DNA of 64,000 nt from a bacterium (GTDB lineage Bacteria > Zhuqueibacterota > Zhuqueibacteria > Residuimicrobiales > Krinioviventaceae), in contig OY843751.1 of the NCBI GenBank assembly GCA_963693055.1, positions 4,992,001-5,056,000 of the forward strand, read 5' to 3'. Positions within the stretch are counted from its first letter, which is position 1; every line of letters starts with the position of its first letter. The notes below the pieces were generated by a model that did not search any database, was not told the origin of the DNA, and saw nothing but the letters and a program-made list of their open reading frames with translations. Below are positions 41,722-51,667 of this stretch, one piece after another. The position numbers and the translations under genes are program-made.

Positions 41722-43293
41722 ATGAAAAAATTTGTTACAATTGCTTTTTTAATCATGATGCAGGGTGTGGTTTGGGGACAGTTTAACGGTGGTGACGGCT
41801 CTTCCTCAGCTCCTTACCAGGTTGCTACAGCAACACAGTTGAACAATGTTAGAAATTACTTGTCCGCTTATTTTATTCAGACTGCGGATATTGATCTAAA
41901 TATTTCACCCTATAATACCGGTAGCGGATGGGTACCCATCGGTGATGGTGCAACCAAATTCACCGGAAATTATGACGGTAACGGTCATATCATCAGCAAT
42001 CTCTTAATTGATTCTTACAGCAGCTATATGGGGCTATTCGGCTATACCAACGGTGCGGTTATTTCAAAGCTGGGTCTGGTCAATGTTGACATTACCGGCT
42101 CTGGCAATCTAGGCGCCCTGGCGGGTCAATTAACCGGAGGTTCCGTCAGCCAATGTTACAGCACCGGTTCTGTGACCAATATCGACGCTGGTGAAGTTGC
42201 TGGCGGCCTGGCGGGTGGTGCCACAACCTGCATTATATCCAACTGTTATAGTCGGGCAAATGTGTCAGGTGAAACGCTCGGTGGCGGATTAATAGGCCAA
42301 ATCGGAACATCCTCTTCCTTGACCAACTGTTACAGTGCCGGAACTGTGACCAATGACGCTGAAGACGGATATTCGGGTCTGATCGACCTGAATTTTTCTT
42401 CATCAAATACTTTTGTTGTCAATTGTTTTTGGGACACAGAATCTTCCGGAGAAATTGATAGCGACGGCGGTAATGGCAACGGCGGTACAGGTAAAACCAC
42501 GGTTGCAATGAAAACCCTGGCAACCTTTACCGATATCACTACAACCGGACTCACAACTGCGTGGGATTTTGAGACCAATCCCAATGACGATACCGCGGAT
42601 GACGATATCTGGGACATTGACCTCTCCGGTACCATTAACAACGGCTATCCCTATCTTGCATGGCAGGATGGCGGCGAACGGTCACTGCCGGTGGAATTAT
42701 CATCATTCACCGCAGTGATGGAACACAACAGCGTTCTCCTGCAATGGCAGACCGAAAGCGAAACCGATAACCTCGGTTTTATTCTGGAAAGAAAAGAGGC
42801 ATCCGCTAAAGCATGGTCAGTTATCGCGGATTACAGAAAAACTGCCGATCTACAGGGCAAAGATAATTCTTCTTCTATAAGCCAATATTCCTACACGGAC
42901 AAAAATATTACCACCGGTAGCAGCTATGAATACCGGCTTTCCGATGTAAATATTGAGGGTAAAACTAACATACTGAAATCTGTCAATATCACTACAACTT
43001 TGATTGTACCAGAAAAGACGACTTTATTACCTGCGTACCCCAATCCATTTAATCCCGAAACCCGCATCACCTGGCATCTGGCAGAAAGCGCAAATGTAAA
43101 CATCACAGTAGTCGATCTGCTGGGTCGAACAGTTTCCCGAATACTGACAGACCAGCATCAGGAGAGTGGTGTCTATAACACAACCTGGCATGGTCGTGAC
43201 GATCTGGGCCTGAATTGCCCGTCAGGAATTTATCTTGTCGTGCTCAGAGCCGGCAACTATACTGCTGCTCAAAAAGTCATGCTTGTCAGATAA
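41722..43293 (+). CDS. Secreted GLUG-motif protein with FlgD-Ig/T9SS-type tail
   Basis: GGDGSSSAPYQVAT, FTGNYDGNGH.ISNL, GGLAG repeats; SLPVELSSF; AYPNPFNP. Confidence 0.88.
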   Translation: MKKFVTIAFLIMMQGVVWGQFNGGDGSSSAPYQVATATQLNNVRNYLSAYFIQTADIDLNISPYNTGSGWVPIGDGATKFTGNYDGNGHIISNLLIDSYSSYMGLFGYTNGAVISKLGLVNVDITGSGNLGALAGQLTGGSVSQCYSTGSVTNIDAGEVAGGLAGGATTCIISNCYSRANVSGETLGGGLIGQIGTSSSLTNCYSAGTVTNDAEDGYSGLIDLNFSSSNTFVVNCFWDTESSGEIDSDGGNGNGGTGKTTVAMKTLATFTDITTTGLTTAWDFETNPNDDTADDDIWDIDLSGTINNGYPYLAWQDGGERSLPVELSSFTAVMEHNSVLLQWQTESETDNLGFILERKEASAKAWSVIADYRKTADLQGKDNSSSISQYSYTDKNITTGSSYEYRLSDVNIEGKTNILKSVNITTTLIVPEKTTLLPAYPNPFNPETRITWHLAESANVNITVVDLLGRTVSRILTDQHQESGVYNTTWHGRDDLGLNCPSGIYLVVLRAGNYTAAQKVMLVR

Positions 43294-43444
43294 ATCATTA
43301 ACAACCAAAATCCTGGCAGCGTGCACCTATCTAACAATCTTGATTCTAGCTTTACTTTATTAACACGATTTTAAATAATCAGGCGCCCCATAAAAGCGCC
43401 TGACTATTTAAAAACAATTACTTCCACTAGCCCGGAACAACAAT

Positions 43445-43918
43445 TTACAACACCAAAATCAATACAGATGCTGCAATTCCAAAGGATGTTAAAAACATAC
43501 CTCGCTTAAAATGTTTTGTATTAGGCTTGAACATCCACAATGATGAAAGTGCCAGGAACAGCAGCAGAATTCCATAAATCATGCTGAACCAATGGACCAG
43601 ATTCTTGTCGTTCTGTTTATGCAATTGGATCAACTTGTCCACTATTGCCGGATATTGGGTAATCGTATAATTCACAATTCCGGTTGATTTTTCATATGTT
43701 CCGGAATCAAATTGAATCACCTCATCATCTCTGATAACATGAAATTTGCGCATATGTAATGTATTACCAAGCTCATCCGCTGTTAATCCGGATTCAAGTG
43801 TTTTGCTAACTGTCTGCTCTGTTTTCAACAAACCTGTCTCACGACAAATGAGTAAAATTCCACTCAAACCATAAATCAGGGTAAGGCCAATAAGGGAAAA
43901 TCCAATATCCCTATGCAA
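43445..43918 (-). CDS. PepSY-associated TM helix protein (5' end disturbed)
   Basis: LHRDIGF...YGLSGILL; LHK; SSLWMF. Confidence 0.75.
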   Translation of the reverse strand: MHRDIGFSLIGLTLIYGLSGILLICRETGLLKTEQTVSKTLESGLTADELGNTLHMRKFHVIRDDEVIQFDSGTYEKSTGIVNYTITQYPAIVDKLIQLHKQNDKNLVHWFSMIYGILLLFLALSSLWMFKPNTKHFKRGMFLTSFGIAASVLILVL

Positions 43919-43928
43919 TGCACGAATT

Positions 43929-43988
43929 AATTGTGATTTATCTTAGAATTGTGATTTATCTTAGAATTGTGATTTATCTTAGAATTGT
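43929..43988. repeat. 18-bp perfect tandem repeat x3
   Basis: (AATTGTGATTTATCTTAG)3 AATTGT. Confidence 0.95.
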
Positions 43989-44498
43989 TTTCATTTCTGT
44001 ACTCCTTAATAATATCACGCTGTATATACGTCTCTTTCGTCCTAATATTGACATATTAACACATCAATCGAGCGTTTCAAACATTTCACTTGTGGATTGC
44101 TATCCTGATCAGTTGCCTGTCACTTTACTCTTACTTTTAGAAAGCAACAGTTTTTGAAGAGTTTTTACTCGAATCACATGTCATCCATTCAAGAGTTAAA
44201 ACCGACATGTTGGTTCAAATAACGGGGGGCATTGCAAAAAGTTTTAAAAAATATAAATTCATCAGAAATATAATATTTATTAACAAAAATCACTTATCCA
44301 CAAACAATTAAATAATCAGTATTTAACAATTTTTACAAATATTCCAAAAAAAATGATTGTTACAGAGAACATATGCTTGAACCGTACGTTATTCATAAAA
44401 ACGATCAATTGTGAATAGAACTAGAACAATCCAAGCGCTTGCCCCGATATCGGCAGAAACCGTCAATCACTTGCCCTCAACCATTTGGAGGATTCCAC

Positions 44499-46607
44499 AT
44501 GAATGGGAAAAGAGCTACCGCATTAATCATTTTAACATTATTCATCAGTACAATTACCTGGTCACAGGGTTCTTACACCTTTCAACCCCAAATTGACGCA
44601 CGTATGACTGAATTGCTGCACCAGGATGGAATGGTTTTCAAAGATTTGAACAAAAACGGCAAACTGGATATTTATGAAGACTGGCGTAAACCCGTGAGTA
44701 CAAGAGTGAATGATCTGGTCAGTCAAATGACACCAGAGGAAAAAGCCGGCATGCTTTTAATCAACACCATGAACGCAGATACAAAAGGTCGTCTACCCGA
44801 GATCGCCAATCGCTATATTTTCCAGGAAAACATGACTCGCTTTATTTTCAGAAACAATGTAGCAGAAAGGACCGCCAACAATCGGAGCGAAAGACGTGGA
44901 GGTGGTTTCAGACGTACGGAACCTATCAGTCCTTACGAAGCAGCACAGTTTATGAATTCAGTACAAGAACTGGCAGAATCTACACGTCTGGGTATTCCAG
45001 TGCTGTTTAAATCCAACGGTAGAAATCATTATACTCACTCGGCACAGTTGGGCATTGATGTAAGCGCGGGATCTTTTTCCGCATTTCCCAAAGAAGCAGG
45101 CCTCGCCGCGGCAGCACTGGGCGAAGGTAACATGGATGTGATCAAAACATTTTCCAAAATCATGGCTATGGAATGGTCATCCATTGGTTTGCGCGGCATG
45201 TACGGTTACATGGCAGATCTGTGCACCGAACCCAGATGGAACCGTTTTTCCGGCTGCTTTACCGAAGACGCGGACCTGAATTCAGAAATCATGGCAACCC
45301 TGGTTACCTACCTGCAGAGAAAAGATGTATGGCATAACAATGTCTATTTAACTATGAAGCACTTTCCCGGTGGCGGCCCCCAATTAGATGGATTTGACGC
45401 ACATTATAGATATGGCAAGGACCAGGTATACCCCGCCAACATGTTTGATTATCACTGGAAACCCTTCAAAGCCGCTATTGATGCGGGTCTGTCAGCAATT
45501 ATGCCCTACTATGGTGTTCCGGTAGGTGGCCCCTATAAACCCAATGATGTGGGTATGTCTTATTCGAAAGGTATTGTCACGGATCTGTTGAGAGTAAAAT
45601 TAGGATTCAAAGGAGTGGTCAATTCCGATACAGGCATTATGCAGAACATGCCCTGGGGTGTTGAAGACAAATCCATTGATGAACGGGTTGTCATGTCGGT
45701 CAATGCCGGTGTGGATGTGTTGTCCGGATTTGATAACAATGCCCAGGTACTGGGCATGATTGGTAATGGAATTACAGAGGAACGGATTGACGAATCCTGT
45801 AAACGCATGCTGACCGTACAGTTTGAACTGGGACTGTTTGAAAATCCCTATGTCGATCCGGTTCGTGCGAGCACGGTAGTTGGACGTACCACGCATACAC
45901 AAGCAGCCTTTGAAGCGCAAAAAAAATCTATTGTGTTACTGCAAAACAAAGACATTCTCCCACTTCCTGCACCCACTAAAGAAAATCCGATTACAATCCT
46001 CACCATGGGAATGAATGCAGATATACTATCCAAATACAGCAACGCTCAGGATGAAGGTGGTTTTGGTTTTGGGCGCAGAGGTAGAGATGAAACACCTACC
46101 TATACCGTAGTAGACGGTAACGACAGCACCCTGAATATTTCTACGGTTGATGCTGATTACGCCATTATCCGTGTAACCGCAAGGTATAGCGGTGGGACCG
46201 TGTGGTTTGTACCCTGGGACCAGCAAAATCCTGGCAACGGTTATGGTATGCTATCCCTCTCGTCAATGGATGAAACAGACTGGGAACTGAGTCCATCATT
46301 AACAGATATTCAGACCGCGATGAAGCAAGTGGGAGCAAAAAATACAATAATCTCCATCTATTTCAGTCAGCCCTTTGTTTTAGACGAACAATGCGGCATT
46401 CGCAATGCCGGTGCCATTCTGGCGACTTTTGGAGTAAGGGATGATGCACTGCTGCAAGTTCTGACAGGCGCCTTTAATCCACAGGGTAAAATGCCTTTTG
46501 CGCTGGCAAAAAGCCAGGCTGCTATTGAAGCTCAGGATGAAGATGCTCCTGGCTATCCCGAAAAAGACACACTTTTCCCATTCGGATTTGGATTATCCTA
46601 TAAATAA
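44499..46607 (+). CDS. GH3 beta-glucosidase-family hydrolase (exported)
   Basis: FKDLNKNGKLDIYEDWR, TRLGIP, KHFPGGGP, MPYY, LGFKGVVNSD; RBS GGAGG. Confidence 0.92.
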   Translation: MNGKRATALIILTLFISTITWSQGSYTFQPQIDARMTELLHQDGMVFKDLNKNGKLDIYEDWRKPVSTRVNDLVSQMTPEEKAGMLLINTMNADTKGRLPEIANRYIFQENMTRFIFRNNVAERTANNRSERRGGGFRRTEPISPYEAAQFMNSVQELAESTRLGIPVLFKSNGRNHYTHSAQLGIDVSAGSFSAFPKEAGLAAAALGEGNMDVIKTFSKIMAMEWSSIGLRGMYGYMADLCTEPRWNRFSGCFTEDADLNSEIMATLVTYLQRKDVWHNNVYLTMKHFPGGGPQLDGFDAHYRYGKDQVYPANMFDYHWKPFKAAIDAGLSAIMPYYGVPVGGPYKPNDVGMSYSKGIVTDLLRVKLGFKGVVNSDTGIMQNMPWGVEDKSIDERVVMSVNAGVDVLSGFDNNAQVLGMIGNGITEERIDESCKRMLTVQFELGLFENPYVDPVRASTVVGRTTHTQAAFEAQKKSIVLLQNKDILPLPAPTKENPITILTMGMNADILSKYSNAQDEGGFGFGRRGRDETPTYTVVDGNDSTLNISTVDADYAIIRVTARYSGGTVWFVPWDQQNPGNGYGMLSLSSMDETDWELSPSLTDIQTAMKQVGAKNTIISIYFSQPFVLDEQCGIRNAGAILATFGVRDDALLQVLTGAFNPQGKMPFALAKSQAAIEAQDEDAPGYPEKDTLFPFGFGLSYK

Positions 46608-46611
46608 TCAA

Positions 46612-46896
46612 TTCACCACCGGGAGGTCTGGACCTCCCGGTGGTGAAAAAATGATCGCGATGCAGATGTCTGCATCGCGCATATTTTTAAGGGACATTCG
46701 TCCCGTACAATAACATCAATATCAGGACAAATGTCCTGAAAATAGTTCAGCGCGGCATGAATATGCCGCGCGATCAAGTTTCCATTCCATATATACCAAC
46801 AGTTTCCAATTATTTGGGTCACATTACCGACTCGCTTTAATTACTGCGTCCAAAATGAAATTTTGGACGCAAATTATACGCGAAACTCTGTTTCGC
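46612..46896. repeat. Mosaic of seven palindromes (BIME-like)
   Basis: Hairpins at 46612-46647, 46653-46679, 46691-46705, 46722-46739, 46750-46775, 46845-46871, 46880-46896. Confidence 0.8.
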
Positions 46897-47063
46897 AAGG
46901 TTTTCAATCCATTTCTATCGATTGACATAAACCATCAAATGTTCAAGTCTAAATCCACCATAAAAAATTTTAAAAATTGATTAGAATTTCTATACGTTTA
47001 TTTGTAGATTGGTTCTATAACCCAAACACAAATAACCAAACAATCAACAATCGGATAATAATC

Positions 47064-47660
47064 ATGGATACACGTATCACATTACCCGCTCCGCAAACAG
47101 ATCTGAATTTTTCGCTCATGCAGGCCCTCGCCGAAAGACGGACCCTGCGCAAATGGAAAGACGAGCCGATTTCGGAGCAGGATTTATCCAATTTGCTATG
47201 GGCTGCCTGCGGTATTACCAAAGAACCAAAAGGCAAGACCAAATGCAAACGAACAGCGCCATCCGCTTGTAACTCGCAAGAGATACGGGTTTATACCCTG
47301 CTTGAAAAGGGTGTGTTTTTATACCATGAAACGGCCCACGAACTCGTGCAAATCATCCCGGACGATATTCGGGAGCATGTCGGCACGCAAAAAATGATGA
47401 AATCCGCTCCCCTGGGACTCGTGTATGTAGCGGACCTATCCAGAATGAACAGTCCGTTTTTAAAAAGCTATGAGGCAAAAAAATTCTCTGCCTGGGTAGA
47501 CACGGGATTCGTCAGCGAAAACGTATATCTCTATTGCGCGGCCGCAAACATGGCATCCGCCGTACTGTCACTGGTAAAGCGCGACAACCTCGAACAACTC
47601 ATGCAACTCCAGGAACATGAAAAGGTGGTATTGACGCAGGTGGTGGGGTATAGAGTGTAA
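47064..47660 (+). CDS. SagB/ThcOx-type nitroreductase-family protein
   Basis: ALAERRTLR, LSNLLWAACGI, RTAPSA, DTGFVSENVYL. Confidence 0.9.
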   Translation: MDTRITLPAPQTDLNFSLMQALAERRTLRKWKDEPISEQDLSNLLWAACGITKEPKGKTKCKRTAPSACNSQEIRVYTLLEKGVFLYHETAHELVQIIPDDIREHVGTQKMMKSAPLGLVYVADLSRMNSPFLKSYEAKKFSAWVDTGFVSENVYLYCAAANMASAVLSLVKRDNLEQLMQLQEHEKVVLTQVVGYRV

Positions 47661-47686
47661 TGCAATATTTTTTTGTTTTCCCACTA

Positions 47687-47750
47687 CTCGTTCCCAATCC
47701 GCCGGCTGACGGATTGGGAACGCAATGACATGGATAAACTCTGATTATCC
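47687..47750. repeat. REP-like double hairpin
   Basis: CGTTCCCAATCCG...CGGATTGGGAACG then GGATAAactctgaTTATCC; same layout as 46845-46896. Confidence 0.65.
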
Positions 47751-48300
47751 AATATATAATCGTAAATAATTGTTTAAATTATAATAAAAAATATATAAAT
47801 TAATTTTTATAATATGTAATCATTACTAAGGGGAAAAAGAATGAACGGAATAAATATAAAAGATGCTACAGAATTACTAAGTTATGCAGCTTCACATGTT
47901 ATTGGATGGAATCCTTATGAAACATGGCATTTATTAAAAAAATATGCTTCAAAATTAAATAAAGATGAAAAGTGGCTTGATTGGATCTTAGATAGCTGGC
48001 CACTACAATATTATAATGAGATCGAAAGCACAATAAAAATAAATCTGTATAAAAAAGAAATAATTTTACCACAAGTAATAATTTATGATAATACCCTTGA
48101 AAATGAATCACTCGATAAGTTTAAAATAAAAATTAACAATAAACAAAAAGAATATATTGTTCCTATTGAATATTCAGAAAGAAATAATGGAGTCATAGTT
48201 TATTATGAAAAATTAAAAAGAACCCTGTTTCAAAATGGAAATGTGAAGTTATTTGATGGGGCATGTGCAAGATTGTATGATTTTGAAGAAACCACTAAAA

Positions 48301-49727
48301 GAGACTGTAAACTTTTTTGTGTAAATGAATAGTAGTGCTATATTTGGATTTTCATCCTGTCTTTAAATATAATAGAAAATTGAGAAACAACAAAGGCCCA
48401 GTTTCTGATGGGCTGCGACCATTTTTTAGCAATATCCCTGTAGGCCAGAAACAGCATTTTTTTCAACGCATCATCGTGGGGGAACAGAGATTTGGTTTTA
48501 GTGACTTTGCGAAGCTGCCGGTGCAGAGCCTCTACACTATTTGTGGTATAGATCATTCGCCGAATTTCTTCGGGATATTTAAAATAGTTGGACAGGTTGT
48601 CCCAGTTTTTTCTCCAGGAATTGATAACAATGGGATATTTGGGTCCCCATTTTTGTTCAAGGCGATCCAGTTGCAGTTCAGCGTTTTCTTTAGTTGTGCT
48701 TTGATAAACCAGCTTCAGATCTTTGATAAATTCTTTTTGATGTTTTGATGCAACATAACGAAGCGAGTTACGGATTTGATGGATGATACAAAGCTGGACT
48801 TCAGTATCGGGAAAAATGCTGGCAATAGCATCCGGAAAGCCTTTCAGCCCATCTACGCATGCAATCAGAATATCTTCAACCCCACGGTTTCGTATATCGG
48901 TTAGAACAGACAGCCAGAAATTGGCGCCCTCGGACTGGTCGATCCAAATACCAAGTAAATCCTTAAAGCCTTCACCATTGATCCCCAGTACAGTATAAGC
49001 GGCCTTGTTTATAATACGCCCTTCGTCACGTATTTTATAGTGGATAGCATCCAAATAAACAATAGGATAAACACTATCCAACGGTCTTGACTGCCATTCA
49101 ACGACAAGCTCGCGTACCCGTTCGGTAACATTGGAAATAAATGTTGGGGAAGCGTCCAGGCCGTAGAGTGTTTCCAGATGGTCTTTGATGTCTCTTGTAC
49201 TCAGACCTTTGGCATATAAGGCAACGATGATTTCATCTATTTTGCCCAGATCACGCTGGTGCTTTTTGACAAGTACCGGGTCAAATTCTCCATTCCGATC
49301 ACGGGGGATTTTGATGTCAATTTCACCAAAATCTGTCTTCACTGTTTTGCTGCTGTGACCGTTTCTACTATTACCACTGTTATCACCTTCTGAAGAATGT
49401 CTCTCATAGCCCAAGTGCTGGGTCATTTCAGCTTCCATAATTTGGTCTGATATGCCCCTAATCAAATTCTTGACCAGACTATTTTTGCCCAGCAGATCGT
49501 CTGCTGTCTTGCAGTTTTCAAAATCTTTTTCAAGTTGTTTAATAATTTCAGGTGTAAGTTTCATTGGTAAATTCTCCTGTATTTAATAAAATGTAATATT
49601 TGTTTTTAAAACACAAGCGAATTTACAGTCCCTTGGAAAAGTGTGTGCAAATCAAAACTCGAAATTCAATAACCCTACGGGTTATTGAACCCTTGTTCAT
49701 GATTTACACAAAAATCTTTACACTTCC
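48301..49727 (-). mobile_element. IS256-family insertion sequence, 1427 bp
   Basis: Imperfect IRs GAGACTGTAAACTTTTTTGTGTAAAT / ATTTACACAAAAATCTTTACACTTCC; 8-bp TSD CACTAAAA at 48293-48300 and 49728-49735. Confidence 0.95.
48338..49564 (-). CDS. IS256-family (Mutator-like) transposase
   Basis: EAEMTQHLGY, RNG, PRDRNGEF, YPIVYLDA, DGLKGF, QLCIIHQIRNS, IYTTNSVE. Confidence 0.97.
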   Translation of the reverse strand: MKLTPEIIKQLEKDFENCKTADDLLGKNSLVKNLIRGISDQIMEAEMTQHLGYERHSSEGDNSGNSRNGHSSKTVKTDFGEIDIKIPRDRNGEFDPVLVKKHQRDLGKIDEIIVALYAKGLSTRDIKDHLETLYGLDASPTFISNVTERVRELVVEWQSRPLDSVYPIVYLDAIHYKIRDEGRIINKAAYTVLGINGEGFKDLLGIWIDQSEGANFWLSVLTDIRNRGVEDILIACVDGLKGFPDAIASIFPDTEVQLCIIHQIRNSLRYVASKHQKEFIKDLKLVYQSTTKENAELQLDRLEQKWGPKYPIVINSWRKNWDNLSNYFKYPEEIRRMIYTTNSVEALHRQLRKVTKTKSLFPHDDALKKMLFLAYRDIAKKWSQPIRNWAFVVSQFSIIFKDRMKIQI

Positions 49728-50495
49728 CACTAAAACTTTTGTTTTCCAAAAATCTTATTACTTTGATTACTTAAAAACCAACTGTGCTATGGATAATCCC
49801 AATGCAGCTAAAACATTGCGAGAAGAGTTACATGGTACTGGACATAAGTTACTATCATTAAAATCATCACCATTAGTAAATCATTTGGGATTTAATATAC
49901 TTATATTCTCAAAAGGTGGTGACCTTATCGTACAACGTAGAACCAAGAATGTACTAGTCAGACCGGATGAATTGTGTTCATCAGGTTCGGGTGCGATTAA
50001 CTTTAATGATGTTGAAAACAATTCATTAAAACAAAAAAGTTTTGATCAAATCCATATAACCAGAGAAGTAGAAGAAGAGCTTGGTTGGGAAGTTGCAGAT
50101 AGTATTAAAGGGAAGTTAAAACTATTGGGTTTAACAAGAGAATTGATCAGAGGGGGGAAACCGGAACTTTTTTTTAGTGCAATTTCTACCCTTAACACTA
50201 ATGAAATACAAAAATGCTACAAAAAATCAGAAGGAAAAAAGCAACAACTTGAAAGTAAAGAATTGATTACATTTAATATCAGTCCTTACCATTATAAAAA
50301 AAATCCAGAATTAGAGAATAAAAGTAAATCAGGTGAATTCAAAGAATCATTCACAATTCTTTTGAATAATATTGGGAAAACTGGTAAAATCTCTATCCCC
50401 TTATTAACTAACTTGGTATTATGGTATAAATACAAAGTCAATGGGAATATATAAAAGATTTATATTTTTTTCTTGAGTCCACCTGACGGTGAACA

Positions 50496-50676
50496 ATCCC
50501 ATTAAAATGGGATCTACAAGTAGAACGAAATTCATCTTGATAATGGTGACGGAGAGTATCTCCGTCACCATCGAATCCTATAATCCTTAAATCCTATAAA
50601 TCTTAATTCAGACAAAAATCACCGGGACAAATGTCCCGCAAGAACATTCCGAGATGCAGACATCTGCATCTCGATC
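50496..50676. repeat. Mosaic of REP-like palindromes and AATCC-periodic repeat
   Basis: GTAG-footed hairpin 50496-50517 (- strand), GTGAC hairpin 50543-50571, AATCC run 50574-50615, hairpins 50623-50638 and 50650-50676. Confidence 0.8.
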
Positions 50677-50684
50677 CAAATCCT

Positions 50685-51641
50685 CTACACCACCACTTGC
50701 TCCCAATCCTGTGAGGTGACCGAGCGTTCAAGCGCTTCCAGTACGGCTACGCAGGCGAGAATGCTCTCGTGGCTGCGCGGCTCTTTGCCAGTACGGAACA
50801 TTTCCACCATATCAACATAATTTTTAGCGGGATCACCCTTGGGCACATCCGAGGCGAGTTTGATGCCTTTTTCCGGTGTAACCACAGTTGTGCTCCAACC
50901 ATGCCCACCCCGTATGAACGCCAGACTGGCAAACAATCCCGATTTGAACACCACATCCGCAAAGGCATCATCGCCATGCAGGGTCATGCGCACACGATCA
51001 ATATCGTCGCCAAACATGTACATCAACGGCTGAATAACATGCACACCATAGAAAAAGATACCGCCGTATTTGGAATCCACTTCTGCGGGACCATGACGGT
51101 ACACATGTTTAATATCTTTAATATCTTTTAACTGACGGATAATGTCAAAGGTCTCTTCGCTCTGCGCAATAGAGCTGAACGAGGTTACCGGTGTGCCTTT
51201 TTCACGCGCGATTCTCAAAAACTCTTTACCCTCATCCACACGGTAACAAAAGGGCTTGTCCACAAACGTGGGGATTCCCTCTTTAACAAAGGGCAATGCC
51301 GCTTCCAGATGATATTTTGCATGGCGATGGTCAACAATCAGCGCGTCGATTTTGCCCATCATTTCCGCAGGGTCCTTGACGATATTGGGAATCGATCCCT
51401 TTTCCGCGGCACGTTTGGCAAATGCATCGGTTTCGCCCCATACATATTTCACCTCACATCCGGGGAACTGTTTTTTCTCGTTAAAGATGCGCCCAAAACC
51501 AATGGTATGCGAATTCTCGGCACCAATAATACCAATACGGATCTTTTTCTCATCAGCCATGAGCGGACTCGTTACAGATGCGGCCGCCAAAACGGCTGCT
51601 CCTTGTACTGTTTTTTCAATAAATTCTCTGCGTGTTTGCAT
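50685..51641 (-). CDS. Gfo/Idh/MocA oxidoreductase, TAT-exported
   Basis: TRREFI; IGIIGAENSH; FVDKP; YGVH; RBS AGGAG. Confidence 0.9.
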   Translation of the reverse strand: MQTRREFIEKTVQGAAVLAAASVTSPLMADEKKIRIGIIGAENSHTIGFGRIFNEKKQFPGCEVKYVWGETDAFAKRAAEKGSIPNIVKDPAEMMGKIDALIVDHRHAKYHLEAALPFVKEGIPTFVDKPFCYRVDEGKEFLRIAREKGTPVTSFSSIAQSEETFDIIRQLKDIKDIKHVYRHGPAEVDSKYGGIFFYGVHVIQPLMYMFGDDIDRVRMTLHGDDAFADVVFKSGLFASLAFIRGGHGWSTTVVTPEKGIKLASDVPKGDPAKNYVDMVEMFRTGKEPRSHESILACVAVLEALERSVTSQDWEQVVV

Positions 51642-51667
51642 TTGTATATGATCTCCTGTAAATTTCA

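Larger units (their letters stand above)
47841..50454 (+). pseudogene. Nudix-like protein gene interrupted by IS256
   Basis: Removing the IS and one TSD copy joins ...DFEETTK to TFVFQKSYY... in frame, giving 392 aa; C-half has LIVQRR and REVEEELG. Confidence 0.85.

Noticed and set aside
44010-44440. Cobalamin or other riboswitch upstream of the PepSY-TM gene
   Set aside because: No B12-box or other conserved riboswitch core recognised on either strand.
48335-48998. ORFs antisense to the transposase, and the many shadow ORFs opposite typA, GH and Gfo genes
   Set aside because: They overlap well-supported genes and have no recognisable motifs.
49600-49727. N-terminus of ORF 49600-50454 as a genuine gene start
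   Set aside because: It lies inside the IS end; the native frame resumes at the TSD.
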